A model generated the notes under the pieces. The model ran no database searches, had not been told where the DNA came from, and saw only the letters and a program-made list of their open reading frames with translations. A DNA stretch of 64,000 nt from assembly GCA_963422655.1 (NCBI GenBank), contig OY730440.1, positions 2,041,442 to 2,105,441 on the forward strand, given 5' to 3'. A program made the position numbers and the translations under genes. The stretch's first letter is position 1, and each line of letters starts with the position of its first letter. This document shows, in pieces, positions 37,212-47,414 of the stretch. Source of the DNA: Acidimicrobiales bacterium (GTDB lineage Bacteria; Actinomycetota; Acidimicrobiia; Acidimicrobiales; Aldehydirespiratoraceae).

Positions 37212-37412
37212 GTGCTGTCGCAAGGAGTGCCAATGACGTCTGAGGTGGTGATCCTCAATCGCGGCGCGGTGGCCATTGCGGCCGACAGCGCTGTCACGCT
37301 TGGCGGGCCAAGTCCCAAGATCTACAACACCGCCAACAAGCTGTTCGCTCTTTCAACGATCGAGCCTGTAGCAGTAATGGTCTACGGGTCGGGTATTTTG
37401 CGCCGGGGTTGA
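37212..37412 (+). pseudogene. Short gene remnant resembling the N-terminus of an Ntn/proteasome-beta-like hydrolase
   Basis: VVILNRGAVAIAADSAVTLGG...KIYNTANKLFALS...VAVMVYGSG, then a stop inside the hairpin ccgggg-ttgaa-ccccgg. The assignment is weak. Confidence 0.25.
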
Positions 37413-37473
37413 ACCCCCGGTACTTCAGCCGAGACCAGAATCTCCGCAACACTGCCACAATCGGAGGTACGCC

Positions 37474-37665
37474 ATGACTCGAACTGACGAAGAGACACTT
37501 CTCCGGGAACTCCAAGGTCTTGTGGAGGAGCACGAGATCACGCCGCACAGCAACCCGGCGGCGTTCGGTCGCATCGCCGCTTACAAGACCTATGAAAAGT
37601 TTCTGAAAGCATTGGGCGAGCGGGCATCGGGCGAGCAGACGCCAAGCGAAAGCAACGCCGACTGA
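37474..37665 (+). CDS. Hypothetical small protein (63 aa)
   Basis: ATG preceded by a ggagg SD 7 nt upstream. No motif recognised. Locally lower GC. Confidence 0.3.
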   Translation: MTRTDEETLLRELQGLVEEHEITPHSNPAAFGRIAAYKTYEKFLKALGERASGEQTPSESNAD

Positions 37666-37707
37666 CCCTGACCCGACGGGTTCGCTGAGGCTTGATAGGG
37701 TCCGGCG

Positions 37708-38487
37708 ATGAGGCGGTTCGAGGAGCAGGTGGTGGTCGTCACCGGCTCCGCTACCGGGATCGGGGCGGCTACCGCCCACCGGTTCGCGTCCGAGGGGGCC
37801 AGAGTGGCCTGCCTCGACGTAAACGAGGCCGACAATGCGGCCACGGCCCGGGCCATCCGGGCCGAAGGGACTGAAGCCTTGGCACTGACCTGCGACGTGC
37901 GCTCCCGCTCCGACCAGCAGGCCGCCTTCGACGAGGTCATGGGGGCCTGGAGCCGGATCGATGTGCTGGTGGCCGGGGCCGGGATCTACGTCGGGGGGCC
38001 GCTGCCGGAGATCCCCCCGGACCGCTGGGACGACATCGTGGCCGTCAACCTCACCGGGGTGCTGGTCTCCAACGGCTTGGTCGCACCGGTCATGATTGCT
38101 CAGGGCCGAGGCTCCATAATCAACATCTCGTCCATGGCCGCCAAGACGAGCTGGCCCTATTCAGCGGAGTACTCGGCCACCAAGAGCGGGGTGATCGGCA
38201 TAACCCGCTCGGCTGCCATGGAGCTGGGGCCCCACGGCATCACCGTCAATGCGGTGTGTGCCGGTAACACTCTCACGGCCATGGTCCGTAAGGTGGCCGG
38301 CGAGATCGGGGCCACGGTCGGTATGACGGCCGAGGAGTGGCTGGGCATGCGGGCTGACGACACTGCGGTAAAACGGCTGGCCCGACCGGAGGAGATCGCC
38401 GGGGTGGTGGCCTTCTTGGCCAGCGACGACGCCCGCTACTTGACCGGGCAGGCCATCGAGGTCGACGGCGGTCTGGTATTGAGCTGA
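37708..38487 (+). CDS. SDR family oxidoreductase (FabG-like)
   Basis: VVVTGSATGIGAATAHRF, NISSMAA, YSATKSG (YxxxK). Confidence 0.85.
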   Translation: MRRFEEQVVVVTGSATGIGAATAHRFASEGARVACLDVNEADNAATARAIRAEGTEALALTCDVRSRSDQQAAFDEVMGAWSRIDVLVAGAGIYVGGPLPEIPPDRWDDIVAVNLTGVLVSNGLVAPVMIAQGRGSIINISSMAAKTSWPYSAEYSATKSGVIGITRSAAMELGPHGITVNAVCAGNTLTAMVRKVAGEIGATVGMTAEEWLGMRADDTAVKRLARPEEIAGVVAFLASDDARYLTGQAIEVDGGLVLS

Positions 38488-38505
38488 CCGACCGGCAGCC
38501 GATCT

Positions 38506-39513
38506 TCAGGCGATCCGGTTGACCATGTCGGGCTCGATCTCGTTGATCGCGGGCTGGCCGGCCAGATAGCGGCGAACCTCCTCCACGGCCAGCTCGCCCA
38601 TGCGGTGGCAGTTCTCGATACAGCCGGCGATGTGGGGGGTGACCACCACGTTGTCGAGGTGCCGGAGCGGGCTGTCGAGAGCTGGCGGCTCGGGGTCGGT
38701 CACGTCGAGGAAGGCGAAGATCCGTCCGGTGCTCAGCTCGTCGATGAGGGCCGGCTCGTCGATGATGCTGCCCCGGGCGGTGTTGATGAGCACGGCGCCA
38801 TCACGGAGGCGGCCCAGCAGATCGGCGCCGATCATGTGCCGGGTCTGCTCATTGGCAGGGCAGTGGATCGATACCACGTCGCTACGGTCCATGAGTTCGC
38901 TTGGCTCCACTTTTTCCACACCGAGCCGGCCGGCCTCTTCGGCGGTCAGGTAGGGATCGGCAACCAGGATAATCGTCTCGAAACCGGCGAGCAGTTCGAT
39001 TACGTGCCGACCGACGTTGCCAGCACCGATCAGGCCCACCGTGGAGCGGTTCAGCTCCCGAGCATCCCATCGGTCCCACGTCGGGCTGTCACGCCAGCCA
39101 CCGTCGCGCACGTGACGGCCGAGAGGCCAGATCCGCTTGCGGCCCACGATCATCAGCCCGAGGGTGGTCTCGGCCACGGCCCGGGCCAGAGTGACCGATG
39201 CGCTGGTGACCCGGATCCCCCGCTGCCACACCGCGCCGGATATGAAGCGCTTCACGCTGCCACCCATGTGGGCCAGATGTCCGAGGCGGCCGGCGGCCGC
39301 CACCACTTCGGCGTCGATCCGAGCCACGCCCCAGCTCGTGATGCAGGCGTCGGCTTCGGCCAGCAATTCCAGCAGGGCCAGCTTGGAGGCCGGTTCGTCA
39401 CCACCGTGGTGCACGACCTCGGCCACCGCGGCCAAGTCGGCCAGAGCGGCGGCGCTGAACATCCGCCGGTAATGGGATCGTCCGATGGTGATGGCGACGA
39501 TGGGTCTGGTCAC
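38506..39513 (-). CDS. D-isomer-specific 2-hydroxyacid dehydrogenase family, NAD-binding
   Basis: VGLIGAGNVGRHV, LINTARGSIIDEPAL, VVVTPHIAG. The GTG start at 39513 follows gaggag and overlaps the upstream stop (GTGA). The 466-aa ORF extension is discarded. Confidence 0.8.
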   Translation of the reverse strand: MTRPIVAITIGRSHYRRMFSAAALADLAAVAEVVHHGGDEPASKLALLELLAEADACITSWGVARIDAEVVAAAGRLGHLAHMGGSVKRFISGAVWQRGIRVTSASVTLARAVAETTLGLMIVGRKRIWPLGRHVRDGGWRDSPTWDRWDARELNRSTVGLIGAGNVGRHVIELLAGFETIILVADPYLTAEEAGRLGVEKVEPSELMDRSDVVSIHCPANEQTRHMIGADLLGRLRDGAVLINTARGSIIDEPALIDELSTGRIFAFLDVTDPEPPALDSPLRHLDNVVVTPHIAGCIENCHRMGELAVEEVRRYLAGQPAINEIEPDMVNRIA

Positions 39514-40751
39514 GCTGATTCTCCTCGAAGCGGCCACCCCGAGGCGGACCCGGCCAGCATGGCCGCCCCCAAGGCGGCCGAGCTGACTTCGGATCGCGCT
39601 CGCACCGGCCGGTCGATGGCGGTGGCGATGATATCGATCAGCTCCGGGAACCGGCTCCCGCCTCCGACCAGGATCAGCTCGCTGCCGCCGGCTGCCAGTT
39701 CGCCCGCTCCTTCGAGGGCTTGACGCACCCGGTGGGCGCAGGTCTCGAAGGAGGCCCGGTCCGGTCGGCTCCCGGCGATCATCACGCCGAGCCCGCCCAG
39801 GTTCTGAGAAGCGGTCCAGCGTCCGGCCACCACGTGGGGGCTGAGGTTCAGCACGGGAGGCAGAGCATCGACATCGGCCCGGTCGGTGACCACGGTCAGC
39901 ACCCATGCCGTACCGGCTGACAGGAACATAGCGCCGGGGTCGACGGCTCCGAGGCCCAGCGCGGCGCAGGCTTGGTCATGGCCGCCCATTACCACCGGGG
40001 TACCGGCCGGGAGGGCCACCGTAGTGGCGGCATCGCTTGTCAACCCACCCACAGCCGTGCCCGACTCACCGATCTCTGAGAGCATGGAGAGATTTACACC
40101 GGCGATCCGGCCCAGTTCCTCGCTCCATTTCCGGGTCGAGACCTCCATGAGTCCCATACCGGAGGCGTTGGACGGGTTGGTGGCCCAGCGCTTGGTCAAG
40201 CGGAACATCAGGTAGTCGTCCACCGAAGCCCACCGGGTCACGAGATTCGCCGGGTCGGGGGCCGGGCCGCCTACCGGGCCGAGGGTTGGCTCCGATGAGG
40301 CCAAGAGTCCGGCAATGGTCGACAGTCCGGTGCCGGGTGCCGGCGTCCAGCCGCTGAGAGCCCGGATGCGATCGGTGACCAGCGGCGGCCAGCTCTCGAC
40401 CACGGCTCTGAACCGGGTGTCCATCCAGGTGACAGCCCGCTCGGCCCGACCCGTAGCCAAAATCGGGATCACCGACCCGCTCTGGGCCGCCACGGCCAGC
40501 GCCTCGACCTGGACTCGGGCCGGGAGCCCTTCCACCACCCGCCGGCCCGCCGTGACCAAGGCCTGCCATATCTCCTCAGGGGTCTGTTCGCTGGTCCCGT
40601 CGGGGGCGCAGCGGGTTGCGATGGGATCGGACGCGGCGCTGGCCCGGATCTCCCCGGTCTGGTCGAGGGCCACGGCCTTGGCCGAGGTGGTGCCGACGTC
40701 GAGGCCCAAGATCACCTCGACTGCGCCCTCGGGGCCACTGCCGAAAGCCAT
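39510..40751 (-). CDS. FGGY-family carbohydrate kinase
   Basis: [17 protein letters not shown], and C-terminal [14 protein letters not shown]. Confidence 0.8.
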   Translation of the reverse strand: MAFGSGPEGAVEVILGLDVGTTSAKAVALDQTGEIRASAASDPIATRCAPDGTSEQTPEEIWQALVTAGRRVVEGLPARVQVEALAVAAQSGSVIPILATGRAERAVTWMDTRFRAVVESWPPLVTDRIRALSGWTPAPGTGLSTIAGLLASSEPTLGPVGGPAPDPANLVTRWASVDDYLMFRLTKRWATNPSNASGMGLMEVSTRKWSEELGRIAGVNLSMLSEIGESGTAVGGLTSDAATTVALPAGTPVVMGGHDQACAALGLGAVDPGAMFLSAGTAWVLTVVTDRADVDALPPVLNLSPHVVAGRWTASQNLGGLGVMIAGSRPDRASFETCAHRVRQALEGAGELAAGGSELILVGGGSRFPELIDIIATAIDRPVRARSEVSSAALGAAMLAGSASGWPLRGESA

Positions 40752-40760
40752 TGCTTCGAG

Positions 40761-41540
40761 TCAGCCTCCGAGGACGGCCTGGGCTTCGTGGAAGCTGGCG
40801 CCGCCGTGCACCAGCGCCACCACGGCTCTGGTCATGGCGGTGGGGTCGGCGCTCTGGAAGACGTTGCGGCCCATGGCCACCCCGGCGGCACCGGCGTCGA
40901 GAGCCTTGCAGATAGTGCCCAAAGTGTCGGCCTCGGAGCCCTTGGATCCGCCCAGGATCACCACCGGGGCGAAAGTCGATGCCGTGACCCGGGCGTAGGC
41001 CGAGCAGTAGGGGGCCTTGATCAGGTCGGCCCCGAGCTCGGCTCCGAGTCGGGCGGCCATGGCCACGGCGTCGGGTCCTCGCTGCTCGGGTGGCGCGTCG
41101 AAGCCTCCCGGTACCATTTCGGCCATGACCGGCAGCCCCCACCGGTGAGCGTCGGCGACGGTTCGGGCCAGGGTTTCGAGTGTGGCCGCCTCGGAGGCCG
41201 ACCCTGGTAGGGCGGTAACGGCCAAGGCGTCGGCCCCCACCCGCAGTGCTTCCTGTGGTCCGAAGAACTGCCCGATCGAACCGGTGCTGGGCGACCCCAA
41301 GTTGCTCACCGACCCGTCGCTGCGCAAGATGAGACCGACCGAGCTCAGTTCGGCGGCGAAAGCTTGCGCGATCCCGTAGGAGGTCAGCACGGCGTCGGGC
41401 CGGCCCGCCACCACGGCGGCGATGGTGTCGGCCGGGCGTTCGAAACCCGCACAGGGGCCGTCGATCAGGCCGTGGTCCAAAGCGATTATCACTGTTCGCC
41501 CGTCGGGGGCGAGGATGCGGTTGAGACGTCGGTTGGTCAT
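40761..41540 (-). CDS. Class I aldolase of the DhnA/FbaB/LsrF family
   Basis: [11 protein letters not shown], and DLIKAPY (Schiff-base Lys region). It lies in an operon with the FGGY kinase, an arrangement like LsrK/LsrF. Confidence 0.7.
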   Translation of the reverse strand: MTNRRLNRILAPDGRTVIIALDHGLIDGPCAGFERPADTIAAVVAGRPDAVLTSYGIAQAFAAELSSVGLILRSDGSVSNLGSPSTGSIGQFFGPQEALRVGADALAVTALPGSASEAATLETLARTVADAHRWGLPVMAEMVPGGFDAPPEQRGPDAVAMAARLGAELGADLIKAPYCSAYARVTASTFAPVVILGGSKGSEADTLGTICKALDAGAAGVAMGRNVFQSADPTAMTRAVVALVHGGASFHEAQAVLGG

Positions 41541-41601
41541 GGGTACAGGGTTCCCGGTGGTGGTGACGGACCTCGAAGGCTACGGGATTTAGGGGCGACG
41601 G

Positions 41602-42576
41602 CTAGGGCCGGGCCCCGTGGATGATGGGTAGGGAACCGGCCAGAACGGCCAGGTTTTCTGCGACGTCGGATGACAATGCGTCGATCAGGACACCGGTCAG
41701 GCTGTGTTCGTCGGCCAGTCGTTCCACCTCGGTACGGCACTCATCGGGGGTGCCCGCCACCTGGTAGCGGTGGAGCAGTTCGTCAGTGACCAGCCCGTCC
41801 ACGAGATGAGGCTGGTTGGTGTCGGCGGCTTCTTCGATGACGGCAATCCGGTCGGGATCCAGGCCCAGCGACTCCAGTACCCGCCGGGGTGAGTCCATGA
41901 GCACGAATGACAGAGTGCGCCGCTGGCCCTCGAGCAGCTCGGGCGTGTAACAGATCCGCCCCAGGTAAAGGCGGCGGGGTCCGGGCTGATCAGCCGCCGC
42001 CGCGGCCGAGTCGATGAGGTCCAAGGCGGCTCCCATGTCCGGCTTCACGGTGAGTACCACACCGTCGGCTTCTCGGCCGGCCAAGTCGAGTAGGCGCGGC
42101 CCCCGGCCGGCTATCCAGATCGGGATCGATTGAGGTCCCAGGCCGAGCCGAGCCCGGTCGAGGGAACAGGTCTGTCCCCGCCAGCTCACCTCCTCCCCCG
42201 ACCACAGACGTCTCAGGGCCGCCACGGTGTCGGCCACCACCCGATAGGGGCGGACTCGTTCGATGCCCATCGGGCTCAGAACCATCGACCCTCCGGCCAG
42301 CAGGGTGACCACGAGCCGACCTCCCGACAGTTCGTTCACGGTGGCGGCCGCAGCGGCGGTCACTGCCGGATGGCGGGTGTAGCCGTTGGTCATGACGCCG
42401 AGAGTGATCCGTTCGGTTGCACCGGCGATAGCGCCCAGACAGGCATAGACGTCGGGATGGAATCCCTCGTCGGCCACCAAGCAGTAGTCGTACCCGAGTC
42501 GCTCTGCCTCCACGGCCACGGTGATGACGTCGCCGGCCGACATCAGCGGCACGATGTGGACCCCGGCCGCGACCAT
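41602..42576 (-). CDS. LLM-class (luciferase-like) flavin/F420-dependent oxidoreductase
   Basis: AVEAERLGYDYCLVADEGF..., LGVMTNGYTRHPAVTAAAAATVNELSGGR. Start trimmed to ATG 42576, 8 nt after the upstream stop. Confidence 0.75.
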   Translation of the reverse strand: MVAAGVHIVPLMSAGDVITVAVEAERLGYDYCLVADEGFHPDVYACLGAIAGATERITLGVMTNGYTRHPAVTAAAAATVNELSGGRLVVTLLAGGSMVLSPMGIERVRPYRVVADTVAALRRLWSGEEVSWRGQTCSLDRARLGLGPQSIPIWIAGRGPRLLDLAGREADGVVLTVKPDMGAALDLIDSAAAAADQPGPRRLYLGRICYTPELLEGQRRTLSFVLMDSPRRVLESLGLDPDRIAVIEEAADTNQPHLVDGLVTDELLHRYQVAGTPDECRTEVERLADEHSLTGVLIDALSSDVAENLAVLAGSLPIIHGARP

Positions 42577-42583
42577 GACCGGT

Positions 42584-43336
42584 TCAGCCGTGAGAGTCCC
42601 GGCGATGCCCGTAGCGCTGGCCGCCGTCCACAGTGAGGACCTCACCGGTGATGTAGTCGGACTCGATGAGGAACTTCACGGCCCGGCCCATCTCCTCGGG
42701 GGTACCCCACCGTCCGACCAGCGTTTCGTCGGCCACCCGCTGGTAGGTGTCGTCGTCGTAGTCGGTAGGCCGCAGGGCCGGGCCGGGGATCACGGCATTG
42801 GCTCTGACGGTGGGGGCCAGCTCCAAGGCCAGTTGGCGGGTCAGGGAGATGATCGCTCCCTTGCCGACGGCATGGCCGGCGAATCCGGGCCAGGGCTCCA
42901 GAGCGCTCAGATCGGCGATGCCGATGATCACGCCCCCACCACCGGCCAGCATGATCGGGGCCACCCGATTGGCGCAATAGAAGGGACCGTGCACCAAGGT
43001 ATCGATCGATCGGCGCCACACGCTCAAGTCATCGGTGGGGAAGGCGTCGAACAGGAAGGTGGAGGCGTTGTTGACGAGCACGTCTACGCCGCCGAAGCGA
43101 TCCACTGCGGCAGTAACCATGACCCCGGCCTGGTCGTAGTCGGTCACGTCGGCCGCCACCGGCAGGGCTTGCACGCCCAGCGCTTCGGCGTCGGCAGCGG
43201 TGCGGTGGGCTTCGTCCGCCGAAGATTTGTAGTTGATCACCACGTTGGCGCCGGCTCGGGCCAGGTTCAAAGTGATGCCTCGCCCCACCCGCTTGGCACC
43301 CCCGGTGATCAGCGCTGTCTTGCCTACAAGATCCAT
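42584..43336 (-). CDS. SDR family oxidoreductase
   Basis: MDLVGKTALITGGAKRVGRGITLNLA. Paralogous to 45743-46498. Trimmed from the 458-aa ORF. Confidence 0.8.
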   Translation of the reverse strand: MDLVGKTALITGGAKRVGRGITLNLARAGANVVINYKSSADEAHRTAADAEALGVQALPVAADVTDYDQAGVMVTAAVDRFGGVDVLVNNASTFLFDAFPTDDLSVWRRSIDTLVHGPFYCANRVAPIMLAGGGGVIIGIADLSALEPWPGFAGHAVGKGAIISLTRQLALELAPTVRANAVIPGPALRPTDYDDDTYQRVADETLVGRWGTPEEMGRAVKFLIESDYITGEVLTVDGGQRYGHRRDSHG

Positions 43337-43429
43337 GGCCGAAAAGTAGCAGTCATTCGATCGAAGCCACCTGAGCCATTGGCTGGTCGAGATCTTCAGG
43401 GTCTGGCCCCGGTGGCTTAGAGTGGCACG

Positions 43430-44587
43430 ATGCGCACTGGGATCTTCCTGTTCGGCGGGGTCGAGATGGACGACGCTGGTGCCGGTTCCCCGGCTCCCAC
43501 CGACCGGCGTTACGGCCCCGAGGAGATCTGGCAGGCCACCGAGCGGATCATCGACATGGGGGTGGTGTCGGATCGGCTCGGCTTCGATTCGTTCTGGCTG
43601 ACCGAGCATCACTTCCAGTTCGAGGGCTACGAAGTGATCCCCAACGGGATCCTGGTGGGCACCATCCTGGCCGAGCGCACCGACAACATCCGGATCGGGA
43701 TGGCGTTCAACGTCGTTCCCCAGTGGCACCCGCTCCGGTTGGCCGAAGATTTCGCCACCCTGCACAACATCTCGGGGGGCCGGGGCATCCTCGGTGTGGG
43801 CCGGGGCACGGTGCCCCGAGAGGCCGAGACGCTCGGGACCAGGATCGGTAGCTTCGATAATCCCGGGCGAGCCGCCGCCGACGACTTGAACCGCAAGCAG
43901 TTCGACGAAGCCATGCAAGTGATCCGACTGGCTCTGGAAACCGAGAGGTTCTCGTTCCACGGCGAGGTGTACGACATCCCTCCACCCGGCATCCCCGACC
44001 GGGGCGGGTTCGTCGAGGAGCTCTCACTGCTGCCCCGCCCTCTGTACCCCTACGAGATCTGGCAAGCCGTCACCTCGCCTCCCACCCTGGAGCAGGTCCC
44101 CCGGTGGGGATGGGGAGGGGTGTTCTGGAACAACCATCACTCCTTCGTCAAGGCCCGCTGGGAACGCTTCGCCGAGGTCTACGCCACCGCCCACGGCCGG
44201 GAGCCGCAACGGGGCCAGCACCGCCTGCTGGTGCTCAACGTTCGGATCGACGACAGCTACGAGGCCGCTATGGCGTCGGTGCGCGACGGCCACGACGAGT
44301 TCTGGAAGTTCCTCGGCCCCTACGGCTGGAGCAAGGGGTACATGGGGCCCGACGGCAAGCCGGCCCGGCCCGGGCTGATCCCCACCCTGGAGCAATCCCT
44401 GGAGCAGAAGACCTTGCTGGTGGGGCGAGCCACCGACGTGGCCGAGACCATCGCATGGTACGACGAGCAGATAGGGCTGGAGAACCTGGTGCTGTTCCCG
44501 GCCATGCCCGGCGACCGTTACGGTGACATCGAAGAGCACCTGCATCGCATCGCCACCGAGCTGATGCCGCTGCTACCCGGTTCCTGA
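43430..44587 (+). CDS. LLM-class flavin-dependent oxidoreductase
   Basis: FDSFWLTEHHF, IRIGMAFNVVPQWHPLRLAEDFATLHNISGGRGILGVGRG. Confidence 0.8.
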   Translation: MRTGIFLFGGVEMDDAGAGSPAPTDRRYGPEEIWQATERIIDMGVVSDRLGFDSFWLTEHHFQFEGYEVIPNGILVGTILAERTDNIRIGMAFNVVPQWHPLRLAEDFATLHNISGGRGILGVGRGTVPREAETLGTRIGSFDNPGRAAADDLNRKQFDEAMQVIRLALETERFSFHGEVYDIPPPGIPDRGGFVEELSLLPRPLYPYEIWQAVTSPPTLEQVPRWGWGGVFWNNHHSFVKARWERFAEVYATAHGREPQRGQHRLLVLNVRIDDSYEAAMASVRDGHDEFWKFLGPYGWSKGYMGPDGKPARPGLIPTLEQSLEQKTLLVGRATDVAETIAWYDEQIGLENLVLFPAMPGDRYGDIEEHLHRIATELMPLLPGS

Positions 44588-44590
44588 TCG

Positions 44591-45259
44591 ATGTCGGCCG
44601 TGCGTGGTGACTGTTATGACTTGGTGACGCCCATGACGGCGACGGTGCTGCATTGCCATCCTCGCGACACCAGCTACAGCGCTGCGCTGTGCCAGACGGT
44701 GTGTGACGTGTTGGAATCCCATGGGGTGGACTACACCCTGGTCGGACTGGACCGGGGTGAAACTGCCGACCGGGCCCGGCTGGCCCGAACCGACCGCCTC
44801 ATCGTTGTCTACCCCACTTGGTGGGGAGGCCTACCGGCCCGGCTCCTCGACTGGGTCCAGCAGACGCTCGGCCCTGCCATCGACGGCCCGGGCGTTGGGG
44901 CCGAACCGGATGCTCCCTCGTCGGTGCTGGCCCGAGTGCTCGATCTGACCGTCGTGGCCAGCCACGGGTCTTCGTGGCTCAAGAACACGGTTCAGGGCGA
45001 GCCGGGCCGCAAGCTGTGGGAGCGGTCGATCGTGCCGTTGTGTGCGCCGGGGGCCACCTTTCGGTGGGTGGCGCTCTATGACCTCGACCGTCTCGACCGG
45101 GCCGGGCTGGAACGCTTCATAGAGAAGGTCCGCACCACCGTGACCGGTGCCGTCGCCACCCGGGGCCTCACCAGTTCCGCAGAGCCCGCTGGATTCGGGC
45201 CGTTCCGGCGCTGGCTTCGGCGCTACCGGCGGTCCCGGCCGGCAGCGACACGAACGTGA
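44591..45259 (+). CDS. Flavodoxin-like-fold NAD(P)H oxidoreductase
   Basis: VLHCHPRDTSYS..., LIVVYPTWWGGLPARLLDWV. The start may be ATG 44633. The 3' end overlaps the convergent paralog by 92 nt. Confidence 0.6.
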   Translation: MSAVRGDCYDLVTPMTATVLHCHPRDTSYSAALCQTVCDVLESHGVDYTLVGLDRGETADRARLARTDRLIVVYPTWWGGLPARLLDWVQQTLGPAIDGPGVGAEPDAPSSVLARVLDLTVVASHGSSWLKNTVQGEPGRKLWERSIVPLCAPGATFRWVALYDLDRLDRAGLERFIEKVRTTVTGAVATRGLTSSAEPAGFGPFRRWLRRYRRSRPAATRT

Positions 45260-45743
45260 CCCGGCACCGGGTATGGCAACTGAGGCGCATGGTTCGTACC
45301 GTGGTCCGTTTTCCCCCGTCGCGGGCCCGCATCCGGGCCATCCGGCCGTGGGGGCTGGTGGTCACGGCGCCGATGCGGCGAATGTTGGTCATGCCCCGTT
45401 TCACTCGGTGATTGCGGTCGAACACGAAACCCACTCCGGGCACCATCACCCGTTCCAGCCAACCCTTCAGGCGAGCCGGAACCGTGAAGGTGATGGTGGG
45501 ATAACAGAACAGCAGCCCGTTCGCTTGGCGGAGGCGGGCTACCGAGGCTCGGACGTCTTCGGAGATGATGGGCTCGTCGGAGTGGTAGGCGGCGTGCTCG
45601 GCCGGCGACATGTACGGGTTGAATTCGGCCAGGCTCAGTACGTCCACCTCGTGACCCCGGTAACTCAGAGCCTCGACCGCGGCGGCGGCAACCGCGCTGT
45701 CGGGGTCGGCCCGATCGTAGGCGTCGAGCAGGAGTATCCGCAT
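45168..45743 (-). CDS. Flavodoxin-like-fold NAD(P)H oxidoreductase
   Basis: MRILLLDAYDRADPDS..., LLFCYPTITFTVPARLKGWLERV. The ATG overlaps the upstream stop (ATGA). Confidence 0.65.
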   Translation of the reverse strand: MRILLLDAYDRADPDSAVAAAAVEALSYRGHEVDVLSLAEFNPYMSPAEHAAYHSDEPIISEDVRASVARLRQANGLLFCYPTITFTVPARLKGWLERVMVPGVGFVFDRNHRVKRGMTNIRRIGAVTTSPHGRMARMRARDGGKRTTVRTMRLSCHTRCRVTFVSLPAGTAGSAEASAGTARIQRALRNW

Positions 45744-46498
45744 CAGTCCTCGAACCTCTGGCGAACGTGGCCCCACCGTTCGCCGCCGTCGATGGTGATG
45801 CACTCGCCCGTCACGAAGTCGGAGGTGGCCAGGAAACTCACTGCGGCCGCGACCTGATCAGGGTCACCCCACCGACCCAGGAGATTCCGGCGGGCCAACC
45901 GGTCGATCTGGGACCTGTCGAAGGATTCGGCCGGGATGATCGGGCCCGGCGCCACCGCATTGACGGTGATGGTCGGCGCCAACTCCACGGCCAGTTGCCG
46001 GGTCAGGGCCAGCAACGCCGACTTGGCCACAGAATGGGCGCCCCGGTCGGGCCAGGGATGCCAGGCCGACAGGTCGACCAGGTTGACGATGCGACCTCGG
46101 CCTCGCTCCTGCATCCCCGGCGCCACCTGGTTGACCAGCCGGTAGGGGCCGTGGACGACGACGTCGAAGGTGCGGTACCAACCGTCATGGTCGTCGGTGG
46201 GAAAGGGAGTGGGTTCGAAGAACGAGGCGCTGTTGACCAGTATGTCGATGGCCCCCACGGCCCCGGTGGCTTCAGCGAGAGCGTCAGGGATGCGATCGGG
46301 AGCAGTCAGATCGAGTTGCACAGCGACAGCCCTCACTCCGAGGGCCCGCAGGTCGTCGGCCGTTCGTCGGGCGGCATCCGAGGAGGAGCGGTAGGTGAGG
46401 GCAACGTCGACCCCGGTCGCAGCCAGGTGAAGAGCGATGGCCCGCCCGATCCGGACGGCCCCTCCGGTCACGAGCGCGCTCTTCCCGATCAGGTCCAT
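45743..46498 (-). CDS. SDR family oxidoreductase
   Basis: MDLIGKSALVTGGAVRIGRAIALHLA, HSVAKSA. Confidence 0.8.
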   Translation of the reverse strand: MDLIGKSALVTGGAVRIGRAIALHLAATGVDVALTYRSSSDAARRTADDLRALGVRAVAVQLDLTAPDRIPDALAEATGAVGAIDILVNSASFFEPTPFPTDDHDGWYRTFDVVVHGPYRLVNQVAPGMQERGRGRIVNLVDLSAWHPWPDRGAHSVAKSALLALTRQLAVELAPTITVNAVAPGPIIPAESFDRSQIDRLARRNLLGRWGDPDQVAAAVSFLATSDFVTGECITIDGGERWGHVRQRFED

Positions 46499-46552
46499 CG
46501 GGCCGGATGGTAGCGGTCGCGACTCTTCAGCGGCGTCGAGGGTCCGACCGGT

Positions 46553-46591
46553 CTGTCGTGTTCGGGCTCCGAACGGCCTGTCGTGTTCGGG
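46553..46591. promoter_or_regulatory. Two 14-nt direct repeats (ctgtcgtgttcggg, 25-nt period) in a divergent intergenic region; candidate operator
   Basis: Read directly. Embedded in a series of GTTCGG/CCGAAC half-sites (46559-46645) between the SDR gene (-) and the ABC transporter operon (+). Confidence 0.35.
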
Positions 46592-46664
46592 TGTAGTGGT
46601 ATGGATCCGAACCGATGGTTAGAGTTGACCGACAGTCCGTTCGGAGCATCTGAAGGGAAGGGTC

Positions 46665-47414
46665 TTGACGATCACCATCACTACGTCTGCGCTGTCCTTC
46701 GACGGTATAGGAATGATCTTCCCCGACGGCACCGAGGCGTTGCGCAACGTCAGCTTCGCCGTCGACAAGGGCGAGTTCGTCACCGTGGTCGGTCCTTCGG
46801 GGTGCGGTAAGTCTACTTTGTTGCGCATTGCCTCGGGTCTGCTGGAACCCACCGCGGGCACCGTCACCGTCGACCGGGATCGTCTCGGTTACGTGTTTCA
46901 AGACGCCACGCTGCTGCCGTGGCGAACCGTTCGCAAGAACGTGGAGTTGCTGGCCGAGCTCCACAACGTCAGCGGGGACGAGCGGCGCCGCTTGGCCACC
47001 GAAGCCATCGAGCTGGTCGGTTTGGCCGGTTTCGAGGACCACTACCCGAAGTCCCTGTCGGGCGGCATGAAGATGAGGGCTTCGCTGGCCCGCACTCTCA
47101 CCCTCAAGCCTCCGGTGTTCCTGTTCGACGAGCCCTTCGGAGCCGTCGACCAGATCACCCGCGAGCATCTCAATGAGGAGACCCAGCAGCTTTTCCGGTC
47201 CGAGGGTTTTGCCGGTCTGTTCATCACTCATTCCATCGCCGAAGCGGTGTTCATGAGCACCAGGGTGCTGGTGATGTCGGATCGGCCGGGCCGGATCGTG
47301 GACTCCTTCGACGTACCGTTCGGTTACCCGCGCCAACCCGATCTGAGATTCGACCCGGAGTTCGCCCTGCTCAGCGGTGAGGTTTCCCACGCCCTACGAG
47401 GTTCTTTCGCATGA
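46665..47414 (+). CDS. ABC transporter ATP-binding protein (NitT/TauT family)
   Basis: Walker A GPSGCGKST, signature LSGGMKMR, Walker B LFDEPF. Confidence 0.9.
   Translation: MTITITTSALSFDGIGMIFPDGTEALRNVSFAVDKGEFVTVVGPSGCGKSTLLRIASGLLEPTAGTVTVDRDRLGYVFQDATLLPWRTVRKNVELLAELHNVSGDERRRLATEAIELVGLAGFEDHYPKSLSGGMKMRASLARTLTLKPPVFLFDEPFGAVDQITREHLNEETQQLFRSEGFAGLFITHSIAEAVFMSTRVLVMSDRPGRIVDSFDVPFGYPRQPDLRFDPEFALLSGEVSHALRGSFA

Noticed and set aside
37395-37425. TGA plus hairpin as a possible selenocysteine codon/SECIS, given the nearby UCA tRNA
   Set aside because: The TGA lies in the hairpin loop rather than upstream of it. Read-through gives only 22 codons before another TGA. No selenoprotein family is recognisable.
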